A stretch of DNA of 64,000 bases, taken from assembly GCA_963836755.1 (NCBI GenBank), contig CAWIKF010000002.1, positions 2,080,001 through 2,144,000 on the forward strand, written 5' to 3'. The translations under genes and the position numbers were made by a program. Each line of letters starts with the position of its first letter. Within the stretch, counting starts at the first letter, position 1. Shown piece after piece: positions 30,405-42,058 of the stretch. This DNA comes from an uncultured Verrucomicrobiae bacterium. GTDB lineage: Bacteria > Verrucomicrobiota > Verrucomicrobiia > Chthoniobacterales > Chthoniobacteraceae. The notes beneath the pieces are model-generated. The model did not search any database, had not been told where the DNA came from, and worked only from the letters and a program-made list of their open reading frames with translations.

Positions 30405-30857
30405 TTAGCTGCGTTCCTTCGGCCAGTTCAGCACATCGAGATTCGGCTTCACCGGCTCCTTGTCTGGCCACTCAAACTTGCAATCCTCGCAAAAATAATG
30501 GCGCGGAATGAAATGGACCGCCGCAAGCACGCCGAAGAAAAACGCCATTCCCGTGCGCCGCGAGAATTGCGGATACTCGATTTGAGAGGAGCCGCACTGC
30601 GGGCAGCGCACCGCTTCCTGCATGAAAGTTTCCGTTTTGTTCCACTCGCTCATCAGCGCGAGCGCCCGTTCATTGTCGACCTTCGGCACGCGCACGCGCA
30701 TGTGCGCCCGCGGGTGAGCCGTCGAAAAGAAAATCGCCTGCGTCCCCGATTCGTCGAAAAGTTCGGCGCGCAAACCGGCGTCGAGGAACTTGTCCTTGAG
30801 CGCTTCCGCTGGGGCTTCGCTGTTGAAAGTGGCGACGGTGATCATTTGCTCGAGCAT
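30405..30857 (-). CDS. DUF2007-like protein with zinc ribbon
   Basis: N-terminal MITVATF..AEALKDKF; CPQCGS ... CEDC flanking a hydrophobic segment. Confidence 0.7.
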   Translation of the reverse strand: MLEQMITVATFNSEAPAEALKDKFLDAGLRAELFDESGTQAIFFSTAHPRAHMRVRVPKVDNERALALMSEWNKTETFMQEAVRCPQCGSSQIEYPQFSRRTGMAFFFGVLAAVHFIPRHYFCEDCKFEWPDKEPVKPNLDVLNWPKERS

Positions 30858-30866
30858 GGGGAAATT

Positions 30867-33440
30867 CTATTTGTTAAAAACGATTTTGCCACCCCGAACA
30901 TCGGCCTTGATGGTGTCGCCCTCGCGGAATTCGCCTTCGAGCACGCGCAGCGCGAGCGGGTCGAGCAGGTCGCGCTGGATCGCGCGCTTGAGCGGGCGCG
31001 CGCCGTAAACCGGATCGTAGCCTTCATGTGCGATCAAACTTTTCGCTTCGTCTGTGACAACAAGCGTTAAGTTTTGCGCGTCCAAACGTTTTGTTAAACG
31101 CGCGAGCTGAATCTCGACAATCTTTTTCAAGTCGTCGTCGCTGAGCCGGTCAAAAATAATCACCTCATCCACGCGATTCAGAAACTCTGGGCGAAAGTGT
31201 CCGCGCAGCGCCTCCATCACACGAGCCTCGCGCTGCTCGGCGTTCGTGTCCGCGAGGATGAACTGCGACCCGAGATTGCTGGTCATGATGATGACGGTAT
31301 TTTTGAAATCAACAGTCTTCCCCTGCCCGTCCGTGATGCGGCCATCGTCGAGCACTTGTAAAAGAACGTTAAACACATCGTGGTGCGCCTTTTCGATCTC
31401 GTCGAAAAGAATCACGCTGTAAGGCCGGCGACGCACCGCCTCGGAAAGTTGTCCGCCTTCCTCGTAGCCGACGTAGCCCGGCGGCGCGCCGATCAAGCGC
31501 GCGACGGTGTGTTTTTCCATGTATTCGCTCATGTCGATGCGCACCATCGCGTTCTCGTCATCGAACAAAAACTCCGCGAGAGCGCGCGCGAGTTCCGTTT
31601 TGCCGACGCCGGTCGGGCCGAGAAAAATGAACGAACCGATCGGCCGATTTTCGTCTTGCATGCCGCTCCGCGCGCGCCGCACCGCATTCGACACCGCCTG
31701 GATTGCCTGCTTTTGGCCGATGACGCGCTTCCCGAGACGCTCCTCCATTTTGACCAGCTTCTCGCGCTCGCCTTCCTGCAAACGCGACACGGGAATGCCG
31801 GTCCAGCTCGCGACGACTTCCGCGATGTCTTCGTCGGTCACTTCTTCTTTCAACATTTGGCGACCGCCGGTTTGCACTTCCGCGAGTTTCGCATTGTGCT
31901 CGTTGAGTTGCCGCGTCAGCTCCGGAATTTTTCCGTATTGAATCTCGCTCGCCTTGCTCAAATCGCCGCGCCGCTGCGCCTGCTCGAGCTCAGTTTTCGC
32001 GGCGTCAATTTCTTCCTGCAATTTGCGCGACTTGTCGATTTCGGCCTTCTCGCTTTGCCATTGCGCCTTGAGCTGCGAGCTTTGTTCTTTCAAATCCGCC
32101 AGCTCTTTTTCGAGTTTCGCGAGACGCTCCTTGCTTGCGGCGTCTTTTTCTTTTTTCAAAGCCTGCCGCTCCATTTCGAGCTGCATCACTTCGCGCTCGA
32201 TCACGTCAATCTCCGTCGGCATCGAGTCGAGCTCGATCTTCAAACGCGACGCCGCCTCGTCCATCAAATCGACCGCTTTGTCGGGCAAAAATCGGTCGCT
32301 GATGTAGCGATGCGAGAGCACCGCGGCCGCGACGAGCGCCGCGTCCTGAATGCGCACGCCATGATGCACCTCGTAACGCTCTTTTAAACCGCGTAAAATC
32401 GCGATCGTATCCTCGACGCTCGGCTCGCCCACTTGCACCGGCTGGAAACGCCGCTCGAGCGCAGCGTCTTTCTCGATGTATTTCCGATATTCATCGAGCG
32501 TGGTCGCGCCGATCGTGCGCAGTTCGCCGCGCGCCAGTTGCGGCTTGAGCATGTTGCTCGCATCGACCGCGCCTTCGCTCGCGCCCGCGCCGACGATGGT
32601 GTGCAGCTCGTCGATGAACAAAATCACCTCGCCCTCGCTGTCGGTGACTTCTTTCAAAAACGCCTTCAGCCTATCCTCGAATTCTCCGCGAAATTTTGCG
32701 CCAGCGAGCATTGAGCCGATGTCCATCGCGACGAGCCGCTTGTTCTTCAAACTCTCCGGCACGTCACCGGAAACGATCCGCCGCGCGAGCCCTTCCACGA
32801 TCGCAGTTTTGCCGACACCCGGCTCGCCGATCAGCACCGGATTATTTTTCGTGCGGCGCGAGAGCACCTGCATCACGCGCCGGATTTCGCCGTCGCGCCC
32901 GATCACCGGATCGATCTTTCCCTTGCGCGCCGCCGCGGTGAGATCGCGGCCATATTTTTCGAGCGTCTGATATTTTCCCTCGGGATTTTGGTCGGTCACG
33001 CGCTGAGATCCGCGCACCTGCTGGAGCGCCTGCAACAAGCGCGCATGAGTCACGCTCGAGTCACTTAAAAGTTTCGCCGCATCCGTTTTTGACTCACACA
33101 GCGCCAGCAAATAATGCTCCGCGCTCAGATACTCGTCCTTCAGTTTCGCCATCTCTTTTTCCGCCGCGTCGAGCACCGCACGCAACTCGTTTCCGATGAA
33201 AATCTGCGTGCTGCCTTGAACCTTCGCGCGTCGCTGCAAAACCTCGCGCAGCCGATCTTCGAGCGCGGGAATCGAGACGCCGATTTTTTCCAAAAGCGGG
33301 CGCGTTACGCCATCGCTCTGCGCGAGCAATGCCATCAAAAAATGCTCGTTCGTCAGCTCCTGCTGCGAAAATTCCTCCGCAACGTTTTGCGCCTCTTGCA
33401 GCGCCTCCTGCATTTTCTGAGTAAATTTTTCCGGCCGCAT
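30867..33440 (-). CDS. clpB: ATP-dependent disaggregase ClpB
   Basis: GEPGVGKT and [11 protein letters not shown] domains, coiled-coil middle domain, GARPLKR. Confidence 0.98.
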   Translation of the reverse strand: MRPEKFTQKMQEALQEAQNVAEEFSQQELTNEHFLMALLAQSDGVTRPLLEKIGVSIPALEDRLREVLQRRAKVQGSTQIFIGNELRAVLDAAEKEMAKLKDEYLSAEHYLLALCESKTDAAKLLSDSSVTHARLLQALQQVRGSQRVTDQNPEGKYQTLEKYGRDLTAAARKGKIDPVIGRDGEIRRVMQVLSRRTKNNPVLIGEPGVGKTAIVEGLARRIVSGDVPESLKNKRLVAMDIGSMLAGAKFRGEFEDRLKAFLKEVTDSEGEVILFIDELHTIVGAGASEGAVDASNMLKPQLARGELRTIGATTLDEYRKYIEKDAALERRFQPVQVGEPSVEDTIAILRGLKERYEVHHGVRIQDAALVAAAVLSHRYISDRFLPDKAVDLMDEAASRLKIELDSMPTEIDVIEREVMQLEMERQALKKEKDAASKERLAKLEKELADLKEQSSQLKAQWQSEKAEIDKSRKLQEEIDAAKTELEQAQRRGDLSKASEIQYGKIPELTRQLNEHNAKLAEVQTGGRQMLKEEVTDEDIAEVVASWTGIPVSRLQEGEREKLVKMEERLGKRVIGQKQAIQAVSNAVRRARSGMQDENRPIGSFIFLGPTGVGKTELARALAEFLFDDENAMVRIDMSEYMEKHTVARLIGAPPGYVGYEEGGQLSEAVRRRPYSVILFDEIEKAHHDVFNVLLQVLDDGRITDGQGKTVDFKNTVIIMTSNLGSQFILADTNAEQREARVMEALRGHFRPEFLNRVDEVIIFDRLSDDDLKKIVEIQLARLTKRLDAQNLTLVVTDEAKSLIAHEGYDPVYGARPLKRAIQRDLLDPLALRVLEGEFREGDTIKADVRGGKIVFNK

Positions 33441-33511
33441 CGTTGTAGAAGATGATTCGCGAGAACGGCGCGAACAAGCCGGAAGCGACGGGGAAAAAGC
33501 GGCGCGGGCTT

Positions 33512-34813
33512 TTAAAAATTCAGCATAAACCGCGCGCCAATGACTGTCGCATTGGCCGTCTCCGCAGTCGCGCCGGGATTGATGACGTATTGCAGATCCG
33601 GCTGAAAAGTCAGCCAGTCCGCGAGCGTGATTTGATACGTCGCCTCAATGACGGTCTCGTGATGCGACGCAACGGCTGCACCGAAATCGTCTCGCGCTTC
33701 ATCGCTGATGTGCGTGTAGCTGCAAGCGAGTCCGCAGACGTCCTTGTCGCGGCCCGGCAGCAAGCCTTTGTAGCTCAACCCACCCTCGATGTAGCTTGTC
33801 ACCAGCGCGCGATCGTCCGGCCCCGCCACGCCAAAACGTGTGAAAACATTCAGCCCTTGATCGCTGGCTGCCGCTGGATTTTTTTCATCTTTTTGACAGC
33901 AGCATTTCTCGCGATAGATCGCCTGATCGGCGATAAAGTAAACGCCATAAATGCCGCGTTCCGCGCGACCGCTTTGGTCGAGATTTTCCGATTTTCCAGT
34001 ATCGCAAAATCCGCCGAGCTTGAACGTCCCCGGCAGCCCGACCGCATCCGCGCCTGCATGGGTTTTGTAAGCGGCTTCGACGAGGATGTGCGCGCCGTCG
34101 TCGCCATTGAACGCGAACCGGCCGCCATGTTTGTTGTTGCCGTCCTGCGTGCCGATGTCGCCATCGTAAATTCCCGCGCGCAGAAGGAACGACTCGGCCG
34201 GCGTCCATTCAAGCCGGACAGCGGGCGCGGACGATGGGTAGCCCGGCGTGTCGAAATTCAAGCTCACGACCGGCTGCTGGCCGAAGCAACTGTTGAAAAA
34301 AAGCGCGCCGCTGTCGCAAACCAAAAACTCGGTGTCGGCCGCAAGCTCGCCGAGACGAATGGAAAATTTGTCGCCGAAAAACTTTTGCTCGAACCACGCT
34401 TCATCGAGCCGCACCGAATCGTAGGCGTCGATGTTGCTGACAACGTTTAAATCATGAACATACTTTTGCGTGATGCTCGCGCCGTGCGGATAAAGTGCGT
34501 TCGCAAACAAAGTAGCGCCGTGCCAGCCGCAGATTTTTTCGAGATTGAACTCGATGCCCGCCTTCAGCAAAGCATCGTAAATCGCGCCGCGGCGATAACC
34601 GCCAGAGACGTTTCCGAGGACTTCGCTCGTGTAATTGAACTCGATCTTCACGCCGGGAAAAGGCTGCGTATATTGTTTCATCCGATCGAAAAGCGCGGGG
34701 TTCGCCGGCTGCTGCGCGGCGCTGGCCGATTGCGCGGATGCGCTGGAAGTGAAAAGCGAAATGCAAAGCGCCCCTGCGAGCGGCGCGACACAAGCCGCGA
34801 AGCTTTGTTTCAT
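33512..34813 (-). CDS. OprB-family porin
   Basis: Signal peptide, [28 protein letters not shown], terminal Phe. Confidence 0.88.
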   Translation of the reverse strand: MKQSFAACVAPLAGALCISLFTSSASAQSASAAQQPANPALFDRMKQYTQPFPGVKIEFNYTSEVLGNVSGGYRRGAIYDALLKAGIEFNLEKICGWHGATLFANALYPHGASITQKYVHDLNVVSNIDAYDSVRLDEAWFEQKFFGDKFSIRLGELAADTEFLVCDSGALFFNSCFGQQPVVSLNFDTPGYPSSAPAVRLEWTPAESFLLRAGIYDGDIGTQDGNNKHGGRFAFNGDDGAHILVEAAYKTHAGADAVGLPGTFKLGGFCDTGKSENLDQSGRAERGIYGVYFIADQAIYREKCCCQKDEKNPAAASDQGLNVFTRFGVAGPDDRALVTSYIEGGLSYKGLLPGRDKDVCGLACSYTHISDEARDDFGAAVASHHETVIEATYQITLADWLTFQPDLQYVINPGATAETANATVIGARFMLNF

Positions 34814-34826
34814 TCCGGCTGCGGGA

Positions 34827-35417
34827 TTAAGCGCAGAGCATGTAAACGCCGCAGCACGCGATCGCTCCGCCAGCGGCGCGCACTAAATTCGGCATCGTGA
34901 TTCTCCGCGAAAACATCCCGAGACCGATGCCAAACAAGTGCAAGCAAGCTGTTGCCGCAATGAAACCGGCGCTGTAAGCAACGCCGGACGCAGTGTCGGA
35001 CATTTCCGCTCCGTGCGCGTGGCCGTGGCAAATGGCAAATCCGGCCACGATGAAAACGCTTGCGACCAATGGCAACCGGACTGCGGCCGCGATCAGCACG
35101 CCGAGGGTCAGCACCGAAAGCATGATCCCTTGTTCTGCAAAAGGAAGTGCGACGCCTGCCATGCCGAGCGCGCCGCCCACCGCCATGACGGTCACGAAAG
35201 TCAGCGGCACGAGCCAAAGCGCGCGGCCTCCTTTTTGCGCAGCCCACAAACCGACGGCGATCATCGCGCAGATGTGATCGAGACCGGTGATCGGATGCTG
35301 CACGCCGTGGAAAAATCCGCTCGTCGGCCCGACGCCGACGTGCGCGTGCGCTAGCGAAGGCGCGAGCAAGGCGAGAGCCAGGAGCGGAAGCGTTTTGACG
35401 AGCGGATTTGTTTTCAT
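34827..35417 (-). CDS. HupE/UreJ-family Ni/Co transporter
   Basis: AHAH after the signal, HPITGLDHICAMIAVGLWA, CHGHAHGAE. Confidence 0.92.
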   Translation of the reverse strand: MKTNPLVKTLPLLALALLAPSLAHAHVGVGPTSGFFHGVQHPITGLDHICAMIAVGLWAAQKGGRALWLVPLTFVTVMAVGGALGMAGVALPFAEQGIMLSVLTLGVLIAAAVRLPLVASVFIVAGFAICHGHAHGAEMSDTASGVAYSAGFIAATACLHLFGIGLGMFSRRITMPNLVRAAGGAIACCGVYMLCA

Positions 35418-35586
35418 AGTTACAGTGCTATTCGGATTGCAAAAAAAACCACGTGTGGCGGAGCTGCGGAATCGCGTGGCTCGTGCGAGCACAAATCCGC
35501 TGCGAAATTTCGTCAAGGAAATTCAGGGCGGGAGTGGGCATTACTCGCTCTTGAAAAGAGCGGTGCCTTTGCCGTAGAAAAACAGG

Positions 35587-36024
35587 ATGAACGTGCCAGA
35601 CCTGCGCAGCCCTCACGATAAAGTCGGCGGGATTTTTTACTTCGGGCGAATGCTCGACAAAATCCGCCTTCACGCGCGCGAAAAACTTCCGGAGGATTAT
35701 CAGAAAAATCTCGGCCGCGGCTTTGATGAACGGTGTGTTAACTTTCTGTGGATCGAGTATCCGGCGCTCGTCGAGCAGGTGAAACGCAATGACGCGAGCG
35801 ATGAGGAAATCCTCGAGTGGTGCTTCGCGCAAGGCCGCAAGCTGAGCGACGAGGAGATTGAGATCTGGAATGATTTCATGCGCAAGCGCGGCTGGAACGA
35901 TGAGGTCTCGGCGATCCTCGAGCGGCGTAAAAAAGAAGGCGGTTTCGCGGAACGCGATGATGTCGAGACGATGTTTGATTTCATCGACCTCGACGAAGGG
36001 CGCGATCCGCGCGAGCGCGCCTAG
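35587..36024 (+). CDS. DUF5069-family protein
   Basis: LRSPHDKVGGIFYFGRMLDKIR, SDEEILEW, FDFIDLDEGR. Confidence 0.78.
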   Translation: MNVPDLRSPHDKVGGIFYFGRMLDKIRLHAREKLPEDYQKNLGRGFDERCVNFLWIEYPALVEQVKRNDASDEEILEWCFAQGRKLSDEEIEIWNDFMRKRGWNDEVSAILERRKKEGGFAERDDVETMFDFIDLDEGRDPRERA

Positions 36025-36596
36025 CCGCCGACTGCCGAGGCGGGCGCGACGGGAACCGCCGGCATGAACGGCTGATTGACGATCCGGACTTGCGCGCCGA
36101 CGCCGACAATGTCGAAAAGTTGAATCACGTCGTGCGAGCGCATGCGGATGCAGCCGAAGCTCGCCGGCTGGCCAATTTTTGCTTCTTCCGTCGTGCCGTG
36201 AATGTAAATGCAGCGGCCGAATGCATTCCGATTTTGCGCTTCCAAGCCGCGCAGCCAGAGGATTCGCGAGACGATCGGGTCGCGGCCCGGTGCGTCTGGC
36301 GCGACGATTTCGCCGGTCGCGTGACGGCTCGTGAATTTCATCCCGCTCGGCTCGCCGCCGCCGATTTTGCGCGCGATTTCCATCTCGCCGAGCGGCGTGC
36401 CGCGACTGCCGGGCGTATCGCTCAGACAATATTTCGAGGTCGAAATCGGGAACTCCGCGATCGGCTGATCTTTTTGATAAACGATCATCCGCTGCTCCGG
36501 CACGCTGATGACGATGCGGTGAACTTTGTCTCGCGTGGCGCACGATGAAAGCAGTAGCGCGGCGAGAAGTGGCAGGCAAAGTTTGCGCGCGTGCAT
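36021..36596 (-). CDS. L,D-transpeptidase (YkuD) lipoprotein
   Basis: Lipobox LSSC; IYIHGT...ASFGCIRM. Confidence 0.9.
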   Translation of the reverse strand: MHARKLCLPLLAALLLSSCATRDKVHRIVISVPEQRMIVYQKDQPIAEFPISTSKYCLSDTPGSRGTPLGEMEIARKIGGGEPSGMKFTSRHATGEIVAPDAPGRDPIVSRILWLRGLEAQNRNAFGRCIYIHGTTEEAKIGQPASFGCIRMRSHDVIQLFDIVGVGAQVRIVNQPFMPAVPVAPASAVGG

Positions 36597-36627
36597 CCGT
36601 GCCGGGAAAATAATCGGAACCTCATCA

Positions 36628-37101
36628 ATGGCAATTCACACTTTTAGAAAAGCGCAGTTGATCCGCGCGACGCTCGATGACTGCTGGCGCTTTTTTTCCG
36701 ACCCGCGAAACCTCGCACGCATCACGCCGCCGACGCTCGATTTCCGCGTGCTATCCGATTTGCCGCAGAGCATCCGCGCGGGGCTGCTCATCGAATATCG
36801 CGTGCGGCCGCTGCTCGGCGTGCCGGTGCGCTGGCTCACGGAAATCACGCACGTCGATGCGCCGCACTACTTCGTCGATGACCAGCGCGCGGGGCCATAT
36901 CGGATATGGCATCACGAACATTTTTTCGCCGAACAACCGGGCGGCCTCGTGGAAATCCGCGACCTCGTGACTTACGCGTTGCCGTTTGGCCCGTTTGGAA
37001 ATCTCGCGCACCTGCCGATCGTGCTGCCGCAGTTGCGGAAAATTTTTGCCTATCGCGAAAAGGCCGTCGTCGAGATTTTCGGCAAAGTCACGGCAGCGTA
37101 A
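36628..37101 (+). CDS. SRPBCC-family protein
   Basis: FFSDPRNLARITPP, WLTEITHV, GPYRIWHHEHFF. Confidence 0.88.
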   Translation: MAIHTFRKAQLIRATLDDCWRFFSDPRNLARITPPTLDFRVLSDLPQSIRAGLLIEYRVRPLLGVPVRWLTEITHVDAPHYFVDDQRAGPYRIWHHEHFFAEQPGGLVEIRDLVTYALPFGPFGNLAHLPIVLPQLRKIFAYREKAVVEIFGKVTAA

Positions 37102-37993
37102 AAGTCTCGCCGACTTCGCGCCAGCCGATCCGCTCCGGCTCGTTCGCAAGCGCGGCTGTGAACCGCGCGATCGGCTCTGCCCTTGGTTCCGCGCTGAGCT
37201 TGAATGTCTGGTGATGGATCGGCAGCAAAACTTTTGCGCCAGCCTGGTTCGCCATCGTGACCGCCTGCTCGGGCGAGCAGTGGCTGCGAATCCACGGATT
37301 GTAAGCGCCGATCGGCACTGCGATCGCGTCGATGCCGCCGGGCCGCGCGACGTGCGAGAAATCGGTGAATGCCGTGTCGCCGGCGATGCAGATGCGGCGG
37401 CCGTTGCGCTCAAGCAGGTAGCCGTTGTAGCCGCGATGATCGTCGCGCCGCATGCGCGCGCCCCAATGCGCCACGCGAAAAGCCTGCACGCGCACACTTC
37501 CGTGCGGGGTTTCGATTTCGCACGCCTCGTCCCAATGAAGCTCGCGCACCGCCGTGAAGTTTGCGCCGGCCAGCAAATCCGCCGTCGCCTTTGCCGTCAC
37601 CGCTTGCGCGCCGCGCGCGACTTTTTTCAAAGTCCATTGATCGAGATGATCCATGTGCGCGTGCGTGAGCAGCACGAGATCGATCGGCGGCAAATCCTCC
37701 ACGCCGAGCGCGGGCGCGATGTAGCGTTTCGGGCCGATGGTGAATGGGCCGAGCTTGAGGCCGATGCGCGGACCGAGCGCGGGATCGGTGAGAACTTTGA
37801 CGCCGAAGAAATTGATGAGCAGCGTCGAATGCCCGAGCCACGCGAGCGTCGCCGCATCGTCCGGCCATCGCGCCGGATCGGGCCGGTGCGGGGCGGGCAG
37901 GATCGGGCGCGAACGCTGCGCGAAAAGTTGCTTTGCAAAACGAAAATCGCGCGGGCTGAAGTGCCGCAGCCACTCCCAGCGCGGCCAATTCAT
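37088..37993 (-). CDS. MBL-fold metallo-hydrolase (RomA/NAPE-PLD-like)
   Basis: WLGHST, LTDP, THAHMDHLD, AGDT, PIGAY, PIHH. Confidence 0.9.
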   Translation of the reverse strand: MNWPRWEWLRHFSPRDFRFAKQLFAQRSRPILPAPHRPDPARWPDDAATLAWLGHSTLLINFFGVKVLTDPALGPRIGLKLGPFTIGPKRYIAPALGVEDLPPIDLVLLTHAHMDHLDQWTLKKVARGAQAVTAKATADLLAGANFTAVRELHWDEACEIETPHGSVRVQAFRVAHWGARMRRDDHRGYNGYLLERNGRRICIAGDTAFTDFSHVARPGGIDAIAVPIGAYNPWIRSHCSPEQAVTMANQAGAKVLLPIHHQTFKLSAEPRAEPIARFTAALANEPERIGWREVGETFTLP

Positions 37994-38421
37994 CTGCGGC
38001 GGAACTTTTTCATGTCGCGCTCAAAATCCGACCGAGCACCTTCGAGCAGCGTCTTCAGTTCCTCCACGGTAATGTAAGAAGCGCCGAACGCGCTGACGGT
38101 CTGCTGCTCGAGATGATCGGACGTGGCGACCGTCAAATCATGCTGCGACGCGTATGCTGACGCCATCCGCTCGATGAGGTCGTCCGCTGTTTTGTTAGAG
38201 CCTGCATAGAAAACCTGAATCCCTCCTGGTTCGGTAGTTTCCGACCATTTTACGCCTTTGCCGTCAAAAACAACTGCGACGTGTGTGCCAGTCGAATCCT
38301 GATATTCCGTGAGCAATTTCGTCACCGCCTCCCGCGCCAGCGCCTGCCGCTGCGCGTGGAGCTTCCGCATTTCCGGCCACGCAAAAATGACGCTGTGTCC
38401 ATCGACGATCAGAATGCGCAT
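37990..38421 (-). CDS. NYN/PIN-domain nuclease (YacP-like)
   Basis: LIVDGHS, VVFDG, TADDLIE, VATSD. Confidence 0.88.
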   Translation of the reverse strand: MRILIVDGHSVIFAWPEMRKLHAQRQALAREAVTKLLTEYQDSTGTHVAVVFDGKGVKWSETTEPGGIQVFYAGSNKTADDLIERMASAYASQHDLTVATSDHLEQQTVSAFGASYITVEELKTLLEGARSDFERDMKKFRRR

Positions 38422-38424
38422 GCG

Positions 38425-38616
38425 CTAGCTCATTTCGGCCGAGGCGTTGATCGCGAAGATCTCGCCCGGCTCGCACTCTATATATAATGAGATCGGCCGG
38501 CAGCAGACGGCGCAATCCTCGACCATCGCGTGACTGCCTTGCGAGCTGTCGATCATTGTCGAAAAAGTCTCGCCGCAATGCGGACATTCGATCGCGCTTT
38601 CGATGAGCAGCGACAT
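38425..38616 (-). CDS. CPXCG-motif cysteine-rich protein
   Basis: CPHCGE ... EDCAVCCRPI. Confidence 0.88.
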   Translation of the reverse strand: MSLLIESAIECPHCGETFSTMIDSSQGSHAMVEDCAVCCRPISLYIECEPGEIFAINASAEMS

Positions 38617-38967
38617 CTAGGTTGCCGGCAGCGGCAGGCGCGGCGCGTCGCTCCACAAATCCTCGAGCGAGTAGAAGCCGCGTTTGCTCTCGTGAAAAAT
38701 GTGGACGAGCACGTCGGAGTAATCGAGGACGATCCACTGGCTCATCGGATAGCCATCGACGGCGTGGGCGCGGACGCCGTGATCCTCGCGCAGCCGCTCC
38801 TGGATTTCATTGGCGATCGCCTTGAGATGCGGCTCGGAAGTTCCAGCGCAGATCACGAAAAAATCAGTGAAGCTCGAGATGCCGCGCAGGTCGAGCGCGA
38901 CCGGCTTTTCCGCCTTTTTATCGCCGGCGTATTGCACGCAGAGGCTGGCTAGCTTTTCGGCTGTTAT
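38617..38967 (-). CDS. rsfS: Ribosome silencing factor; probable start is ATA at 38967 (first canonical start GTG at 38937)
   Basis: DKKAE, DFFVICAGTS, WIVLDYSDVLVHIF, RGFYSLEDLW. Confidence 0.93.
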   Translation of the reverse strand: MTAEKLASLCVQYAGDKKAEKPVALDLRGISSFTDFFVICAGTSEPHLKAIANEIQERLREDHGVRAHAVDGYPMSQWIVLDYSDVLVHIFHESKRGFYSLEDLWSDAPRLPLPAT

Positions 38968-39530
38968 AACTCGGGTTCCCGGTAAAGTTTTTCGCGTTCG
39001 ATGATGGCCAGCACTTTGTCCGGAACCAGATAGCGGATTGAAGCGCCTTCCGCAACCCGGCGTCGAATCTCCGTGGCGGAAATGTCGAGCCGCCGCCGAA
39101 GCGTCACAAACGGATGCGGCGTTTTTTCATCCGTGCGATTGAGCACGACGAACTGCACGAGCCGTTGCAACTCATCCACGCGCCGCCACGTGTGCAGCTC
39201 CGGCACATTGTCCTCACCGATCAAATAAAACAGCTCCGCGTCCGGCTCGCGCTCCTTCATTTGTAAAACAGTGTCGATCGCATAGCTCACGCCGCCGCGC
39301 GCGATCTCGCTTTCATCCAGCGTGAAAAGTGGCTCGTCCTCGATGGCGGCGGCGACCATCTCGCGGCGCACGGATGCAGGCGCAGAGCGGCTTTGCGGCT
39401 TGTGCGGCGAGAGCGTGTTTGGGATGAAAATCACGCGCGATAGCTCGAGATATTCCATCGCGTCGCGCGCGAGCACGAGATGGCCGAGATGAATCGGATC
39501 AAAAGTTCCGCCGTAAAGACCGATTCGCAT
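38964..39530 (-). CDS. nadD: Nicotinate-nucleotide adenylyltransferase
   Basis: GGTFDPIHLGH, SPHK, SYAIDT, LIGED, ISATEIR. Confidence 0.95.
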   Translation of the reverse strand: MRIGLYGGTFDPIHLGHLVLARDAMEYLELSRVIFIPNTLSPHKPQSRSAPASVRREMVAAAIEDEPLFTLDESEIARGGVSYAIDTVLQMKEREPDAELFYLIGEDNVPELHTWRRVDELQRLVQFVVLNRTDEKTPHPFVTLRRRLDISATEIRRRVAEGASIRYLVPDKVLAIIEREKLYREPEL

Positions 39531-39541
39531 CGCGGCTCCTT

Positions 39542-40726
39542 TCAATACAGCAGGAACGGCGACCGCTCCGCCTCGAATCGGCTGAGGGTCGCATTCCAGC
39601 TCCCGACGATGCGCGGCACCGGCGTCCGGTTTTCGATCTCCGTCTGGATCGACGCGCTGCCGTAGCTCTTGAAAAAAAGATTCAGTTTGTCCCCGCGCGA
39701 GCGGATGAAAAGATCGGGGCTCGCGCCGGCGTTGAGTTGCTGCAGCAGATAAATGCCGAGCGCCGTGAGGTTCGTCCCATTGTGCGGCTCGATGTGCAGC
39801 CGCACGCCCTGGAAGCCCTGCGCGTATGGCGTAAAAGTTACCCCCGGCGTGTGCAGCTCCTCCATCGCCCGCGTCACGCGCGCCGCGCTCGCGAACTTCG
39901 TCGCCGCGATCTCGAATGGCGTCGCGCCGCCGACTCCGGTCTCGAAGCCCGCCAGCTCGCCGATCATCCCCGTCACCACATAATAAGCAGGCGAGCTCGC
40001 GTAGGGAATATTCGGCGAGGGCTTCACCCATCGCAGCCCCGTATCCTCCCACGTCATCTGCCGGCTCCAGCCGCGCATCCCGACCACCGTCAAATGGCAG
40101 CGCGGCTGCACCCAGCCGAGAGCGTTCGCCATTTTCGCCAGCTCGCCGCACGTCATCCCATGCACATACGGCACCGGCAATTGCCCGATGAAAGAAATCC
40201 AGCGCGCCTCCATCGGCGGCCCTTCCACGCGAATGCCGCCCAGCGGATTCGGCCGGTCGAGCACCACGAAGTCGATCCCCTTTTCCCCGCACGCCTCCAT
40301 GCACTTCGCCATCGTGCTGATGTAGGTGTAACTGCGGCAGCCGATATCCTGCATATCGTAAACGAGTGTATCGATGCCGTTCAACATTTGCGGCGTCGGC
40401 TTGCGCGTCGGTCCGTAGAGCGAATGCGCGGTCAGCCCCGTCACCGGATCGCGCCGCGACGCCACATACCGCCCCGCGCCTTCGGTCCCATCGAGTCCAT
40501 GCTCCGGCGTGAAAAGCGCCACGAGTTTGCAGATGTGCGTGCGGCTGAGAAGCAGCCGCGTGCGCGTGCCGTGGGAATCGACGCCCGTCTGGTTCGTGAC
40601 CAGTCCCACGCGCCGCCCGGCCAGCACCGCGAAGTCGCTCCGTTCCAGCTCATCGATCCCGAGCGACACCGCCGCGCGCGCGGAGATCGCGAGGAGAAGA
40701 TAGATGAAAAGAAAGCGAACCTGCAT
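39542..40726 (-). CDS. namZ: Exo-beta-N-acetylmuramidase NamZ (DUF1343)
   Basis: GLVTNQTG, PEHGL, SLYG, DMQDIGCRSYTY, DRPNPLGG, HGMTCGELA, PSPNIP. Confidence 0.88.
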   Translation of the reverse strand: MQVRFLFIYLLLAISARAAVSLGIDELERSDFAVLAGRRVGLVTNQTGVDSHGTRTRLLLSRTHICKLVALFTPEHGLDGTEGAGRYVASRRDPVTGLTAHSLYGPTRKPTPQMLNGIDTLVYDMQDIGCRSYTYISTMAKCMEACGEKGIDFVVLDRPNPLGGIRVEGPPMEARWISFIGQLPVPYVHGMTCGELAKMANALGWVQPRCHLTVVGMRGWSRQMTWEDTGLRWVKPSPNIPYASSPAYYVVTGMIGELAGFETGVGGATPFEIAATKFASAARVTRAMEELHTPGVTFTPYAQGFQGVRLHIEPHNGTNLTALGIYLLQQLNAGASPDLFIRSRGDKLNLFFKSYGSASIQTEIENRTPVPRIVGSWNATLSRFEAERSPFLLY

Positions 40727-40873
40727 TCAGCACGAAGAGATGATCAAGGCCGCCATCATAGACTTTCGCGCCATTCGGTCAATTTCCACCGCGCGCAAAG
40801 AAAACCTTCCCGCAGCGCACTAAAGATTACCGGCTTATACAGAGGCTGCATGCCGTCAAAAACCAAAAGACAT

Positions 40874-41920
<1,047 letters not shown>

Positions 41921-42058
41921 TCATCGCCGCTGCGCAACGCGTTCCTTGTGGCATTGCATGAATGATTTGCGCGATCTCTTCGACTCGCGATCGGACATGA
42001 AATCGGAACGCCCACGACGCGATCTTCCAAACTGCGGGAACGAAAGACGGTCACGATT

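Noticed and set aside
38964..40304. 446-aa ORF suggesting a long N-terminal fusion on NadD
   Set aside because: The extension is an alternative frame over namZ; NadD starts at MRIGLYGG (39530)
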